Source: Candidatus Poribacteria bacterium
GTDB lineage: Bacteria; Poribacteria; WGA-4E; WGA-3G
DNA length: 64,000 nucleotides
Assembly (NCBI GenBank): GCA_964291315.2
Contig: OZ219753.1
Coordinates: 3,197,610-3,261,609, forward strand
Reading direction: 5' to 3'
A model generated the notes under the pieces. It ran no database searches. It was not told the DNA's origin and saw only the letters and a program-made list of their open reading frames with translations. The position numbers were made by a program, and so were the translations under genes. This document shows positions 29,066 to 39,055 of the stretch, piece by piece (position 1 is the stretch's first letter; each line of letters starts with the position of its first letter).

Positions 29066-30511
29066 TTAATCAGCTGATAGTATTCGAATTAATATCTGAT
29101 TCACCAGTTGCGGGTTCGCCTTTCCACGAGTAACACGCATCACTTGTCCTACAAGGAATCCGATCGCTTTTTTGGTGCCGTCTCGGTAATCTTGAGCAGG
29201 ACCGGGGTTTTCCTTCACAACCTGTAACACAATATTTTCTATTTTTGAACTATCCGTAATCTGCGCCAACCCCTTTTCTTCAACGATATCTGTCGGCATT
29301 TTGCCGGTCTCAAAGGCATCATCAAGTACAGACTTAGCAATTTTTCCGCTGATGGTTGCGTTATCAATCAATTGAATGAGTTCGCTGAGATGCGCCGGCG
29401 TCACTCTTGAGTCTTGGATATTAATTTCTGATGTGTTCAGGAGTCGCGTTAAGTCCCCCATGATCCAGTTTGCACAGGCAGTAGGTTGAGCGCTGCGTTT
29501 TGCTGCTTCATCGAAGAATTCAGCGAGGGGGCGGGTGGCCGTCAGGAATTCGGCGTTTTCAGCTGAGATGCCGTAATCTGCAATGAAGCGTTTGCGGCGA
29601 GCTGCGGGGAGTTCTGGGAGCGTCGGTCGGATGTCCGCTATCCATTCATCACTGATCTGTATGTGAACGAGGTCCGGCTCTGGAAAATAGCGATAGTCGT
29701 CCGCTTCTTCTTTGCCACGCATCGCCACAGTCTTCCCGGTGGTGGCATCAAAGAGGAGTGTCTCTTGGACGACTTCGTCACCTGCGTCTAAAATTCGAGC
29801 CTGGCGTTTTACTTCATATTCCATCGCATCGATCAGTTCTTGGAACGAGTTCTTGTTTTTGATTTCTGTCCGCGTTCCCAATTCCTGGCTCCCCTTGGAT
29901 CGTAACGATAGGTTAGGCTCACATCGCAGGCTACCTTCTTCCATGTTGCAGTTACTGACTCCGATATATTCCAAAATTTCTTTAACAGCACGACAGTAAG
30001 CGATAGCTTCGTCAGGGGAACGTAGCTCGGGCTCACTTACAATTTCAAGTAAAGGAACGCCTGCTCGATTGAAATCCATAAAACTACGACTGGGGTCGCC
30101 TGTGATCTGAGCGTGAATAGACTTCCCTGCGTCCTCTTCGAGATGAATTCTCCGGAGTGCGACAGTGAGCGGTTCACCTTCAAAATCAAACGTTACCTGC
30201 CCGTTCTGACAGAAAGGTATGTCATACTGCGAAATTTGGTAGTTCTTCGGTAAATCTGGATAGAAATAGTTTTTACGGTCGAATTTACTAGAAGCTGTAA
30301 TGTCACACGCCATTGCCAAGCCGGCGCGAACCGCAAATTCCACTGCCCGTCTATTGACGACAGGCAGCGTTCCTGGCATTCCTAAGCAAATTGGGCACGT
30401 ACAGGCGTTTGCCAAAGCACCAAAGGTATAGGCGCAATTGCAGAAGAGCTTACTCTCTGTGCATAATTCTGCATGGATTTCCAATCCAATAACTATTTCA
30501 TATTTTTCCAT
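29066..30511 (-). CDS. gatB: Asp/Glu-tRNA amidotransferase subunit B
   Basis: IGLEIH, RKNYFYPDLPKNYQISQ, YRYFPEPDL, C-terminal Yqey domain. Confidence 0.98.
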   Translation of the reverse strand: MEKYEIVIGLEIHAELCTESKLFCNCAYTFGALANACTCPICLGMPGTLPVVNRRAVEFAVRAGLAMACDITASSKFDRKNYFYPDLPKNYQISQYDIPFCQNGQVTFDFEGEPLTVALRRIHLEEDAGKSIHAQITGDPSRSFMDFNRAGVPLLEIVSEPELRSPDEAIAYCRAVKEILEYIGVSNCNMEEGSLRCEPNLSLRSKGSQELGTRTEIKNKNSFQELIDAMEYEVKRQARILDAGDEVVQETLLFDATTGKTVAMRGKEEADDYRYFPEPDLVHIQISDEWIADIRPTLPELPAARRKRFIADYGISAENAEFLTATRPLAEFFDEAAKRSAQPTACANWIMGDLTRLLNTSEINIQDSRVTPAHLSELIQLIDNATISGKIAKSVLDDAFETGKMPTDIVEEKGLAQITDSSKIENIVLQVVKENPGPAQDYRDGTKKAIGFLVGQVMRVTRGKANPQLVNQILIRILSAD

Positions 30512-30604
30512 ATATCATGACGTTCCTTCTCGTTTCAATCTGTCGCGATCATACCAACCTTAGCGGATGAGATAAGGTAGCTCATGCTTGCATAAAAACA
30601 TGCT

Positions 30605-31378
30605 CTATAAGGATCTCCGCGAAAACTCGTTGACGACGGCGACGTTTGATTCGACTTCGTCCTTTGAAGTCATACCGATAGTCATTGCATGTACACAAGA
30701 TAAGCGCATCACAAATTCAATTGCTTCGCGTTGGCGCGGCGCTTCCGTCGCCAATTTACCCTGTCCGAGGACCTTCATGCCGTAAATACCTTTTCCTGCA
30801 AACGCCATCTGTTGCATTGTACGGATGACATCAGCCGGAGAAGCATCCATATGAACCCCGGCATGATTAATTCGCGCCAAAACGACATCAACCCATTCTG
30901 TCGTTGCAGATGTTTGGAACGCACCGAAATCATGACAAGATACGCCGTGGGCACGAATCAGCCCCTGCTCCTTACAACGGACGAGTGCCTCCATAGTCTC
31001 CGGATATCGCTGTGGCCAGTCAACCTGTGTGAGACAATGGAGCAGAACAATATCAACATAATCAGACCCAATTTCTTTAAGAAAACGTTTCACATCAGCT
31101 TCCACCGTTTCACGCGCGCGGGACACCGTCTTTGTAGTAATAGTGATACTCTCCCTTGGCAGTTCTTTGAGTGCTGCCTTGACATGTGGATGACTCCCAT
31201 ATTGATCAGCAGAATCCCAGAATGTCACGCCTTTTTCATGTGAAAATAGGAGCAAATCGCGCAATCCTTCTAATCCCAAATCTGTCTGATTTGAGCGGCC
31301 ATTCCAACCATTCGACCCGGTACCAATTGAGAGCCTTGAAACCTGCAATCCTGTTTCCCCAAGTGCTACAATTTCCAT
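30605..31378 (-). CDS. Aldo/keto reductase
   Basis: LGETGLQVSRLSIGT, DSADQYG, DYVDIVLLH, GVSCH. Confidence 0.9.
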   Translation of the reverse strand: MEIVALGETGLQVSRLSIGTGSNGWNGRSNQTDLGLEGLRDLLLFSHEKGVTFWDSADQYGSHPHVKAALKELPRESITITTKTVSRARETVEADVKRFLKEIGSDYVDIVLLHCLTQVDWPQRYPETMEALVRCKEQGLIRAHGVSCHDFGAFQTSATTEWVDVVLARINHAGVHMDASPADVIRTMQQMAFAGKGIYGMKVLGQGKLATEAPRQREAIEFVMRLSCVHAMTIGMTSKDEVESNVAVVNEFSRRSL

Positions 31379-31607
31379 CAGATATCCTCCTTAGTTCGAG
31401 ACCTATAAGGCATCTAAACCATACAATCAGTTATGAGTGTAAATTAAGTGTAACACAAGCCCCAAAATTTGGCAAGCGATTTCTATGAGATTCACTTTTT
31501 TGTTGCCTTCTCACCTCAGACAACGTTATAGTATAAGTTATAGCATACGATATTAGTCGGAAAATCTATCTTCATCGTCATTGTCGTCAATTACACACTA
31601 ATTTCCA

Positions 31608-33914
31608 TTGAGGGAGACCAACAGAGATATCGAAATGAAATATACAATTTTTTGGGGCATAAACCGAATTCAGTCTGACCTGAAAGTGAAACTACACGCT
31701 GGGTCATATCCCATCTTAATTCAGAGAACTTTTTACGGTCTGCTAGCTCTGGTTTATAGCTGCCTTACAATAGGGATACCCGTTTTTGCTGATGAAGAAC
31801 ATAGTGCTGCATGGAAAGAAGCCTTCGCTTTAATTGACCAACGGAACCGCAAAAGTGCAGTCTCCAAATTGGAGGTTTTATTGCAAATGGATCTATCTGA
31901 ATCAGAGAAACTTCAGATTCATCACGTACTCGGTTATAACTATGAGAAGCTTAGAAATCGACCAAAAGCTGTTCGTCATTACGCACGTGTCGCCTCGCTT
32001 AATTATCCATTAGCAGATCATGCTGTGTACCGTCTTGCGAAGCTGTATAAAGGAATGAACAATAACACGCGGGCGATAAAGTGGTATGCACAACTCGTTA
32101 AGGATTACCCCACGAGTTTCTACTTTTTGGAAGCAAAAGAGGCTTTGGCACAGCTGTATCTTGATCAGAAACAGTACGAAGCGGCAAAACTAGAGTTCAC
32201 TGAACTGGTTAACCACTCACAATATAAGAGACAGGCAGCCTTCGGGTTAGCACGCTGTAACGAAGAACTCGGCGATATTGGTGCAGCATTTAAGGCCTAC
32301 CGCGAACTTATAACAGAGAATCACTCAGGAAGCGCTGCCAAAAAAGCACTAGATCGACTCAAAAAACTCACGCGGGGAAATAAATCTTTAAAACTCACTC
32401 CGCATGATCGGATTAATTGTGGTTTGGTCTTCTTTTCGCATAAGGCGTGGAAGTCTGCGGTATCAGAATTAGAGCGGATTCCCAAGACACTAAATATAGA
32501 GATACGGGCACAAGCACTATACCACATTGGGCGAAGTTACGAGGGACGCAAGTGGTATAACACTGCGATTAAAAAGTATAACGCAGTGCTCGCCCTCGGG
32601 AATAACAACGAATATCTGACACGAGCGACCTATCGAATAGCACAATGTTACCAGAAAAAAGGACACCTCAAAACTGCAGTTAACCGACTTGAAAAATTTG
32701 TAAAAAACCACACATGGAGCGCGTTGGTAGATGATGCTCTATACGATATCGCGCAAATCCGTGAGAAACAAGACAAATCGGAATTGGCATTGGATGCTTA
32801 TGCTCGTTTAACCGAAACGGCACCTAAGAGCCCCTACGCCGATGTAGCAGCGTGGCGCACAGGTTGGCAACGTTTCGACGAAAGACGCTACGAAGAAAGC
32901 TACAAGGCCTTCAAAGGGTTGAAGGAAAATTTTCCGGGAAATAGATATGCCATGGGAGCCCATTTCTGGATGGCAAAGATCCGAGAACGCCAAAAACGAC
33001 CTGCTCTCGCTCGAAAATTATACCAAGAAGTGGCTGAAGCAAGATATTGGTACTATACAGCCAGGGCAAAGGCAATTCTGGAAATTACTGCCTCGGAATT
33101 GGAACCTAAAGCTGTTGAGGACGCAAAATTACCGTTGTGTGAGACGTGCTCACATCAGGTAACCTCGTTGATGACGCTCAGACTTTATGAAGATGCCATC
33201 GCACATTTAAACCGGCACATCAATACAAGAGCGGTCCTAGAACGCCAATGTTTTTATAATTTGATTACATGCTACGAACGTCTCGCGATGTATGATAAAG
33301 CCCGGAAGTTAACCGAAGAAGCGCTTGACAGTCCGGCTTTTGCAAACGCATCACGAGCAGATTTAGCGAAACTCCAACGCAAACTTTACCCACGCTATTA
33401 CACGAACACAGTTGAAAAATACGCACAACTCTACAACGTAGACCCTTTTCTAATCGCTGCAATGATTTTAGAGGAAAGCCGATACAACCAGGAAATAGTT
33501 TCTTGGGCAGGCGCGATCGGATTGATGCAGATTATGCCCGCTACCGGGAGAGAACTCGCTCAAAGCCTCAAAATTCGGCGCTTCCGAACCGCAATGCTTA
33601 AACAACCCGACGTGAATATTCGGATGGGAACGAAGTACATCGCCTACCTTAATTCGCTATTTGATGGCAACCCGATGTTGGTGATCGGCGCGTATAACGG
33701 AGGGCCCGGACGGATGAAGCGATGGGTGGCCTCAAAAAATATAAAGGACATAGATGAATTTGTGGAGAAAATTACCATCCGAGAAACCCGGCTCCATATT
33801 AAGAAAGTTATCGACAGCCACTACAACTATGTCGGAACTTATCGGCAAACCGATGAACCGCCCGCGGTGAACTCCAAAGCAGACATCACACCGAAGCGAT
33901 TCGGAGGGTTTTAG
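31608..33914 (+). CDS. Soluble lytic murein transglycosylase with TPR repeats (Slt70-like)
   Basis: TPR helices; EESRY, GAIGLMQIMP, AYNGGPG, ETRLHIKKV; start may be ATG 31635. Confidence 0.9.
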   Translation: MRETNRDIEMKYTIFWGINRIQSDLKVKLHAGSYPILIQRTFYGLLALVYSCLTIGIPVFADEEHSAAWKEAFALIDQRNRKSAVSKLEVLLQMDLSESEKLQIHHVLGYNYEKLRNRPKAVRHYARVASLNYPLADHAVYRLAKLYKGMNNNTRAIKWYAQLVKDYPTSFYFLEAKEALAQLYLDQKQYEAAKLEFTELVNHSQYKRQAAFGLARCNEELGDIGAAFKAYRELITENHSGSAAKKALDRLKKLTRGNKSLKLTPHDRINCGLVFFSHKAWKSAVSELERIPKTLNIEIRAQALYHIGRSYEGRKWYNTAIKKYNAVLALGNNNEYLTRATYRIAQCYQKKGHLKTAVNRLEKFVKNHTWSALVDDALYDIAQIREKQDKSELALDAYARLTETAPKSPYADVAAWRTGWQRFDERRYEESYKAFKGLKENFPGNRYAMGAHFWMAKIRERQKRPALARKLYQEVAEARYWYYTARAKAILEITASELEPKAVEDAKLPLCETCSHQVTSLMTLRLYEDAIAHLNRHINTRAVLERQCFYNLITCYERLAMYDKARKLTEEALDSPAFANASRADLAKLQRKLYPRYYTNTVEKYAQLYNVDPFLIAAMILEESRYNQEIVSWAGAIGLMQIMPATGRELAQSLKIRRFRTAMLKQPDVNIRMGTKYIAYLNSLFDGNPMLVIGAYNGGPGRMKRWVASKNIKDIDEFVEKITIRETRLHIKKVIDSHYNYVGTYRQTDEPPAVNSKADITPKRFGGF

Positions 33915-33971
33915 TTATCTGATACAACGCGGCAAATTAACAACTGCTAATTCTGTTTTTTTTCGGAAAAG

Positions 33972-34000
33972 TTGACACAGGATTAAAATTAGCGTATAAT
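33972..34000 (+). promoter_or_regulatory. Perfect-consensus sigma70 promoter
   Basis: TTGACA-17 bp-TATAAT. Confidence 0.8.
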
Positions 34001-34082
34001 GCTATCTATCCAAGCTTCCGCTACAAAACCCTGTCTGTGTCAGGAATGGAGTAGCGGTTAATGAACGGTGTCAAGAACATAT

Positions 34083-34111
34083 TTGACAATCTCGAAAAAA
34101 TGTAGTATCAT
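34083..34111 (+). promoter_or_regulatory. Second sigma70 promoter; its -35 is half of a TGTCAA-N8-TTGACA inverted repeat
   Basis: TTGACA-17 bp-TATCAT; TGTCAA at 34069-34074. Confidence 0.7.
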
Positions 34112-34117
34112 ATATGT

Positions 34118-34615
34118 AACGCGAGTTTGAAAAAAGATTTAGGGCTGCGCTTTTATAGCATCGCCTGTTCGGTCTGAAAGCCATTGGTAGCATAGACTGT
34201 GAGGCTGTGCCGCTTCAACACTTGTTAGAACTTGCGACTGCAAGCAGCTCCTCGTAGAGAACGCCACAACCGGCCCCTAAAAGCAGGGGATCCACGTTCA
34301 GCAGAATCCTGCATGCGTTGGTTGGCGGAATGTATCAAACGGTGTAAATAACATTTTAATGTTTCGATATTTCACATAGAGTTAGAAACGATGGCGGACT
34401 TTCATATAGATTTCGACATGAGGAACGGGGCTTCAGCTGCCCTTCTGCAGCATGTGCGCTCTCGCTGCGTGTTTTTCCTTAATCTGTGTGACATTGACTA
34501 TGAGCTAGTCGCTATCTACCCCTCCCGCTCAACTTCTGTTAAGTAAATTCAGTCAACTACTTTATATCGGAAAAGAGGGCACCACCCACACTTCTGGTGC
34601 GTGGTGCCCTCTTTT
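34118..34615 (+). ncRNA. Candidate structured ncRNA or long regulatory 5' leader (family unknown)
   Basis: Bounded by promoters and a terminator; nested stems with G-U pairs on the + strand; no ORF of 60 aa or more within it. Confidence 0.45.
34571..34615 (+). terminator. Intrinsic (bidirectional-type) terminator upstream of the WD40 gene
   Basis: 15-bp perfect inverted repeat AAAAGAGGGCACCAC/GTGGTGCCCTCTTTT. Confidence 0.8.
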
Positions 34616-34670
34616 AAGGCACACTATAAATACCGGATAAATACCGGACGTAATAAAGGAGACCTTTTTT

Positions 34671-37175
34671 ATGAGAAACACACTCTTTGCATCTTTACTG
34701 ATAGGATTTTTGATATTCGCGTTTGCTCCAAATACTTTCGCTCAAGACTACACGCAATGGAATTTACCAGAGGGTGCAAAGGCACGCCTCGGCAAAGGTG
34801 CTATAAACGACATCGCCTATTCCCCGGACGGCAGGCGCTTAGCGGTTGCAAGCAGTATCGGTATCTGGCTCTATGACGCAGAGACCGGCGAAGAACTCGA
34901 CCTGATCACCGGACATACAGGTTGGGTCAACAGCGTAGCCTTCAGCCCAGATGGCAAAACAATCGTAAGTGGGGGTTACGATGATACCGTCCGTCTGTGG
35001 GACGCGACAACGGGCGAGAATATCCATACCCTTGCTGGACATACAGATGCGGTCAGGAGCGTCGCATTTAGTCCCAATGGACAGACGATCGCAAGTGCTA
35101 GTTCGGATAAGACCCTCCGTCTGTGGAATGCTACGACAGGAGAGCATATCCATACACTCACTAGACATACAAGTGGAGTCCTTAGCGTAGCCTTCAGTCC
35201 TGATGGAAAAACAATCGCAAGTGGCGGTTCTGATAACACCGTGCGCCTATGGGACGCGACGACAGGCGAGAATATCCATACACTCACTGGACATACAGAT
35301 GCGGTCGAGAGCGTAGCCTTCAGTCCTGATGGAAAAACAATCGCAAGTGGCGGTTCTGATAACACCGTGCGCCTATGGGACGCGACGACAGGCGAGAATA
35401 TCCATACACTCACTGGACACACCGGTACCCTCATTGGACTTACATATTCGGTCGAGAGCGTAGCCTTCAGTCCTGATGGAAAAACAATCGCCGCAAGTAT
35501 AGGTGCTTGGTTTGAGAGTCCCGTCCGTCTGTGGGACGCGACGACAGGCGAGAACATTCGAACACTCACCGGACATACGGGTTGGGTCAACAGCGTGGCA
35601 TTCAGCCCCAATGGAAGAACAATCGCAAGTGGCGGTGAGGATGGAAACCTCCGTCTGTGGGACGCGACGACAGGCGAGAACATTCGAACACTCACCGGAC
35701 ATACAGATGCGGTCAGGAGCGTGGCATTCAGCCCCAATGGAAGAACAATCGCAAGTGGCGGTAGGGATGGAAACCTCCGTCTGTGGAATGCTATGACAGA
35801 GGATCACATCCATACACTCACTGGACATACAGGTTCAGTCTGGAGCGTGGCATTCAGCCCCAATGGAAGAACAATCGCAAGTGCCAGCGGGGATAGCACC
35901 ATCCATCTGTGGAATGCTACGACAGGAGAGCATATCCATACGCTCACCGGACACTTACTTAGTGTCTACAGCATAGCGTTTAGTCCAGATGGACAGACGC
36001 TCGCAAGTGGAGGGTGGGATAAAACCGTCCGTCTATGGAACTCTACGACAGGGGAGAACATCTACACACTCAGACGTGCTGGTATAGTCGGGAGTGTCTC
36101 ATTTAGTCCGGATGGACAGACGATCGCAACCGGCAGTTGGGATAGCGCCGTGCGCCTGTGGAATGCTACGACAGGAGAGCACATCCGCACACTCATACTC
36201 ATTGAACCTACGAGTGAGATCGGCAGCGTCTCATTCAGCCCGGATGGACAGACGCTCGTAACCGGCAGTTGGGCCGGGATCATCCAGCTTTGGAACGCTA
36301 CATTGAGTGAGAATATCCGCACACTCACTGGACATAAGAGTCGGGTCTATAGTGTTTCATTTAGTCCGGATGGACAGACGCTCACAAGCAGCGGTGGCGA
36401 TAATACCGTCCGCATGTGGGACGTTATGACAGGAGAGAACATCCGCACACTCACTGGACATACAAGTTTAGTCTGGAGCGTGGCATTCAGTCCCGATGGA
36501 AGAACAATCGCAACAGGCAGTGAGGATGGAACCGTGCTTTTATGGGACCTCGCACCCTCTTCACCAGAAAAAGTCGCAGCCGACATCAACGCAGACGGTA
36601 CCGTGAACATACAAGACTTGGTGTTAGCCGCAGCAAACCTCGGCAAAACAGGAACGAATACTGCAGACATCAACGCAGACGGGGTCGTGGATGTGCTAGA
36701 CCTTACCTTAGTCGCGCAGGCGATCAACCCCGGAGCCGCCGCTCCTGCTCTCAGCGCAAACACGCTCACACGCAAACACCTCCAGCACCATCTTAACCAG
36801 GCACGGCAGATAAAATCCGAAGACCCCGTGTTTCAACGCGGAATACGCATGCTGGCACAACTCCTCGCCGCGTTGACCCCCGAAGAGACGGCTCTCTTGC
36901 CGAACTACCCAAACCCGTTCAACCCAGAGACCTGGATGCCGTATCAGCTGTCCGAGGCTGCTGAGGTGAGAGTGTCTGTATATTCAACGGACGGCGGTTT
37001 GGTGCGGACGTTGTCCTTAGGGCATCGGGCCCCGGGTGTTTACCGTAGCAAGTCTCGTGCGGTGTATTGGGACGGGCGCAACGATGCGGGCGAGCGCGTC
37101 GCAAGCGGGCTCTATTTCTATACGCTCACCGCAGGAGAGTTCACGGCTACACGGAAAATGATCATCCGCAAGTAA
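34671..37175 (+). CDS. Secreted WD40-repeat protein (~14 repeats) with dockerin-like EF-hand pair and FlgD-Ig/secretion-tail C-terminal domain
   Basis: Signal peptide; GH...SVAFSPDG...WD repeats; DINADGTVNIQDL x2; LLPNYPNPFNPETW...TATRKMIIRK; AAAGGAG RBS. Confidence 0.93.
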   Translation: MRNTLFASLLIGFLIFAFAPNTFAQDYTQWNLPEGAKARLGKGAINDIAYSPDGRRLAVASSIGIWLYDAETGEELDLITGHTGWVNSVAFSPDGKTIVSGGYDDTVRLWDATTGENIHTLAGHTDAVRSVAFSPNGQTIASASSDKTLRLWNATTGEHIHTLTRHTSGVLSVAFSPDGKTIASGGSDNTVRLWDATTGENIHTLTGHTDAVESVAFSPDGKTIASGGSDNTVRLWDATTGENIHTLTGHTGTLIGLTYSVESVAFSPDGKTIAASIGAWFESPVRLWDATTGENIRTLTGHTGWVNSVAFSPNGRTIASGGEDGNLRLWDATTGENIRTLTGHTDAVRSVAFSPNGRTIASGGRDGNLRLWNAMTEDHIHTLTGHTGSVWSVAFSPNGRTIASASGDSTIHLWNATTGEHIHTLTGHLLSVYSIAFSPDGQTLASGGWDKTVRLWNSTTGENIYTLRRAGIVGSVSFSPDGQTIATGSWDSAVRLWNATTGEHIRTLILIEPTSEIGSVSFSPDGQTLVTGSWAGIIQLWNATLSENIRTLTGHKSRVYSVSFSPDGQTLTSSGGDNTVRMWDVMTGENIRTLTGHTSLVWSVAFSPDGRTIATGSEDGTVLLWDLAPSSPEKVAADINADGTVNIQDLVLAAANLGKTGTNTADINADGVVDVLDLTLVAQAINPGAAAPALSANTLTRKHLQHHLNQARQIKSEDPVFQRGIRMLAQLLAALTPEETALLPNYPNPFNPETWMPYQLSEAAEVRVSVYSTDGGLVRTLSLGHRAPGVYRSKSRAVYWDGRNDAGERVASGLYFYTLTAGEFTATRKMIIRK
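34890..36550 (+). repeat. Intragenic ~126-bp WD40 tandem repeats with high DNA identity
   Basis: 35184-35293 is identical to 35310-35419. Confidence 0.9.
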
Positions 37176-37182
37176 GCAGAAA

Positions 37183-37207
37183 TTATGCCCCTTCTAAGGG
37201 GGCATAA
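37183..37207. terminator. Hairpin between the convergent WD40 gene and nadB
   Basis: ttatgcccc/ggggcataa inverted repeat. Confidence 0.65.
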
Positions 37208-37237
37208 GACTTAAAGGCGTTTTTTAGACTGGAAACT

Positions 37238-38917
37238 TTAGAAGTCAATCACTGCTGGCATCTTCCCTCGCTTAAGGAGAACACGGCGGCACCAGTCAGC
37301 ACCGTTTTGGTTCGGAAAGTCGGCCCGGTAGTGTGCACCACGGCTCTCAGTCCGAACAAGTGCAGATTCGGTAATCAGCAAGGCAACATTTAGCATGTTA
37401 ACTGCTTCAACGACTTCCACATCTGTGGTCTGAAAAGGGGTTATTACCCGTTCCTCAGGTGGGGCTTGCAGGTTCTCCAAACCTGCTGATAGGTCTTGCA
37501 ATTCGGCGAGGGTTTGCTGCAACCCCTCGCCACTTCTTTCGATACTGACGTTTTGCCAGAGTGTTTCCCGAACAGCGTCTTTTATGTCGTCTATATGGGC
37601 AGGATCTGTTTTAGCAGATGCCAACGTATTATCGATTGTAGGTATATCGGGAGAGGAGTCAAAAGAGTGTGAGAGGGCAAATGTTGCGGCGCTTGTGCCA
37701 GCGCGAGCCCCGTAGACGAGACACTCCAAAAGAGAGTTGCTTGCCAAGCGATTTGCGCCGTGGACACCCGTGCATGCCACTTCACCACATGCATAAAGCC
37801 CTCTGAGGTTGGTTTCCGTGTCCGTGTTAGTACGGATGCCGCCCATCATAAAGTGTGCCCCCGGACGCACCGGTATTAAGTCAATGCTAATGTCTAAACC
37901 GTAGCGTTTTGTGGTATCAGAAATAGTCGGAAACCGTTCGAGGATAAATTCAGCGGATTTGTGGGTGATATCGAGATAAACGCAAGGGAAATGTGTCAGT
38001 TCTATTTCCTTCTGGATAGAACGACTGACGACATCGCGCGGGGCGAGCTCCCCTTTCTTATGGTATTTTTCCATAAAACGTTCCCCGCGTATATTAATAA
38101 GTTTGCCGCCTTCCCCGCGCACAGCTTCGGAAATCAAAAAACTTGGTGCCCCGTCTAAGTAGAGTGTCGTTGGATGGAACTGAACGAATTCCATATCGAC
38201 CATTTCACACCCGGCACGCCACGCTGCAGCGAAACCGTCTCCGGTTGCTATTTTGGGGTTAGAAGTGCAGGGGTAAAGACGACCCAACCCGCCGGTAGCA
38301 AGAATAGTGGATCCCGCCCGGATGCAGACGAATTCCCCATCTACAACAGCAGTAGCCCCGTAACATGTGGAGGCTTGCCCATTCCGGTTTGCAAGTTCCG
38401 CATCTGTTAATAGGTCGATAGCGAACGCGCTCTGGAGGATTTGAACGCGCTCAGTATTGAGTACGCGCTGAATGAGAACATCGGTTGTCTCACGTCCGGT
38501 TGCGTCCCCTTTGTGGACAATGCGCCGGCGACTGTGTGCAGCTTCTTGCGTAAAGCGGGGCAAGGTGCCTTCCCAATCAAAATTTGCCCCCCAATCCAGC
38601 AACTCTGCGACCCTCGGGATGCCCTCAGACACCATCATTTCAACAGCCTTAACATCACACAAACCTGCTCCTGCTGAGCACGTATCTTTTATGTGTAACG
38701 CAATTGTGTCATCTAAGTTCATGGCAACAGCAATACCGCCTTGGGCATAATGCGTGTTGCTTTCCGTGAGTGTAGTCTTGGTGATCAAGGTCACATCGGC
38801 GAGCTCACTTGCAGCGAGTGCAGCGCGTAACCCCGCAGCACCACTACCGATGATAAGTACGTCGGTGTCCCAACTTGAACGTCTCTTTGGCTTCATCAGA
38901 GATGTCGGATTTTCCAT
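37238..38917 (-). CDS. nadB: L-aspartate oxidase
   Basis: GSGAAG, YAQGGIA, QFHPT, SEAVRGEG, HGANRLASNSLLE, ESRGAHYR. Confidence 0.95.
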   Translation of the reverse strand: MENPTSLMKPKRRSSWDTDVLIIGSGAAGLRAALAASELADVTLITKTTLTESNTHYAQGGIAVAMNLDDTIALHIKDTCSAGAGLCDVKAVEMMVSEGIPRVAELLDWGANFDWEGTLPRFTQEAAHSRRRIVHKGDATGRETTDVLIQRVLNTERVQILQSAFAIDLLTDAELANRNGQASTCYGATAVVDGEFVCIRAGSTILATGGLGRLYPCTSNPKIATGDGFAAAWRAGCEMVDMEFVQFHPTTLYLDGAPSFLISEAVRGEGGKLINIRGERFMEKYHKKGELAPRDVVSRSIQKEIELTHFPCVYLDITHKSAEFILERFPTISDTTKRYGLDISIDLIPVRPGAHFMMGGIRTNTDTETNLRGLYACGEVACTGVHGANRLASNSLLECLVYGARAGTSAATFALSHSFDSSPDIPTIDNTLASAKTDPAHIDDIKDAVRETLWQNVSIERSGEGLQQTLAELQDLSAGLENLQAPPEERVITPFQTTDVEVVEAVNMLNVALLITESALVRTESRGAHYRADFPNQNGADWCRRVLLKRGKMPAVIDF

Positions 38918-39055
38918 ATATTGGCTTTCGGCTTCGGTTATCGGTTTCCAATCTGGTTTTGTGTCAGTTAAACTTCACAATCTTTTGATAACGCAATTAG
39001 GATTTCAGAGCGTTAGAAAACACCTCAAACCGCAAGCCTAACCGACACCTGAGAA

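Noticed and set aside
34380-34430. RNase P RNA (GAAAGTCCG on the minus strand) or tmRNA (GATTTCGAC)
   Set aside because: Only partial motifs; no complementary RNase P P4 3' motif, no tRNA-like T-arm/CCA end and no tag ORF
34627-34648. 11-bp tandem repeat taaataccgga x2 before the WD40 RBS
   Set aside because: Real but only two short copies; no function can be supported
34976-35737. Long antisense ORFs (253 aa here; also 41580-42371 and others)
   Set aside because: Shadow frames of real genes (WD40 protein, valS) with no independent motifs
34890-36550. CRISPR array or DGR template/variable repeat
   Set aside because: The repeats are in-frame 126-bp WD40 coding units; no cas or reverse transcriptase genes in the window
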